Positions 35,836-37,290 of a DNA stretch of 37,290 nucleotides are shown in pieces (position 1 is the stretch's first letter; every line of letters begins with the position of its first letter). Both the position numbers and the translations under genes were made by a program. Under the pieces are notes generated by a model. The model was not told the origin of the DNA, did not search any database, and was given only the letters and a program-made list of their open reading frames with translations. Location: contig NC_068987.1 of NCBI RefSeq assembly GCF_001194135.2, forward strand, positions 9,707,429 through 9,744,718, given 5' to 3'. The DNA is from Octopus bimaculoides (taxonomy: Eukaryota).

Positions 35836-36100
35836 TAATTAATGTGCAAGTGGTTGAGCACTCCACAGACATAGACGCGTGTACTCTCAACGTAGTTCTC
35901 AGGGAGATTCAGCGTGACACAGGATGTGAGGCAAGGCTGGCCCTTTGAATTACAGGCGCAGCTCATTTTTACCAGCTGAGTGGACTGGAGCAAGGAGAAA
36001 TAAAGTCTTGCCTAAAGACACAACACGTTGCCAGGAATCGAACTCACTACCTTACTATCTTGAGCAGAACACTCCTAACCACTAAGCCACGAACCTTCAC
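35836..36100 (-). mobile_element. tRNA-derived SINE with CORE-like middle and family C tail
   Basis: Minus strand has A box GTGGCTTAGTGGTTAG, B box GAGTTCGATTCC, a CORE-like segment GTGTTGTGTCTTTAGGCAAGAC..TTGCTCCAGTCCACTCAGCTGG, and a tail shared with 12919-13263. Confidence 0.8.
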
Positions 36101-36665
36101 AATGATTAATACAAGCATATAAACTCTTGAACAAACTACTAACGACAAATCTAATTATGAATTCAATTGCAAACGTATAAGTTGTAAACTTTACGACTCC
36201 AACTATTATTTTGTACATAGAAATGCAATTTTCTTTAGACGACTTACCATGCATTTTCAACAAGGAACAATTGCAATGCATCACAGAACACAACACAAAG
36301 CAAAACTAAATAAGAAAACATATATAGATTGCATGATTACACGTCTTTATATTAGATTACGGGATGTTCCGAGGTAATATATTAAACATTCATTTTTCTG
36401 AAAAAATTGAAGTTTAAACATCTAAAGATTGTCAGATAATAAACGGTTGGAATGAATATCAGAAATTGAAGCTACAACTGGTTTCGCATCCAGATTGTAG
36501 AAGTAGAACTGATGTATTGCAAATAAATTTTAGCATAAAAAAACCTTATAAAGACCTCCAAGGGCCACATGGACCCCCACTTAAGAAGCAATGATCTAAA
36601 CAATAGTAGGAAGAAATAACGACCCAAGACATAGACAAGACATGTACAAACGACACTCATGTATG

Positions 36666-36721
<56 letters not shown>

Positions 36722-36916
36722 CACGTGTATAAGGGATGACCACTAAGTGGACATCCAATATGCTAGAAAGAGGTCATCAACGACCTAACCACAAAGAAAA
36801 ATAAAGTTCTCCAGAAAAAAACTTCGCAAAACACCAGAACAAGACAAAATGAGAAATATACAGAATAAAGAATTAATTGTGTACCGCGGTTTCGAACATT
36901 AAGGTTAATGTTATAG

Positions 36917-37000
36917 TTCCTACGCGCGTTTCCCTATTATGGTAGTTTTGAGTCTTACAATAAGTTTTCTAGAGGATCAACCAAACGGATCATCAGGGAA
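36917..37000 (-). ncRNA. Minimal type I hammerhead ribozyme with extended helix II (family 4)
   Basis: TTCC-CTGATGA-[57 nt, TCCGTTTGGT...ACCATAATAGG]-GAAA-CGCGCG-T-A-GGAA. Intact core, helix I TTCC/GGAA, perfect palindrome ACGCGCGT, GUA triplet. Confidence 0.65.
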
Positions 37001-37029
37001 ATCTTGATCGCATTAAGTTATAGATAAAC

Positions 37030-37098
<69 letters not shown>

Positions 37099-37115
37099 CC
37101 TACCTACCTACCTAC

Positions 37116-37148
<33 letters not shown>
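37030..37148. repeat. (CTAT)n/(CTAC)n microsatellite
   Basis: Tetranucleotide run with an internal CCTA block. Confidence 0.95.
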
Positions 37149-37168
<20 letters not shown>

Positions 37169-37290
37169 ATCATGGACGGACGGTAGACACATCGGCTCCC
37201 ATGTAAGTTGCATTTTTCACCTCTTAAAAGACCTATTTTGTTTTAAAATTTTGTATAAGTTGTGTATAACACAAAATACTTCGTGAACAT

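Overview
AT-rich, microsatellite-dense eukaryotic non-coding DNA with N-gaps at simple repeats. The SINE families present match my recollection of octopus (cephalopod) repeats, so this is most likely an intron or intergenic stretch of an Octopus draft assembly; the species is an inference. I found no confident host-gene exon, and most ORFs in the track are microsatellite artefacts. The recognisable coding remnants are all decayed retroelements: an RTE-type LINE endonuclease (about 3.2-4.4 kb), two R4/Dong-clade RLE fragments that each abut a TAA-based microsatellite, a CR1-group LINE C-terminus, and two Penelope-like (PLE) GIY-YIG C-termini. About 20 tRNA-derived SINE copies from roughly three families are also present. 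The most striking unannotated signal is about nine hammerhead-ribozyme-like motifs from at least five different repeat families. Most are CUGANGA...GAAA cores followed by a self-complementary (palindromic) helix III and a short helix I, the minimal dimer-type architecture known from PLEs. Copies within a family show compensatory changes, and three loci carry an inverted partial copy of the ribozyme region. None of this was verified computationally; all alignments and folds were done by eye.
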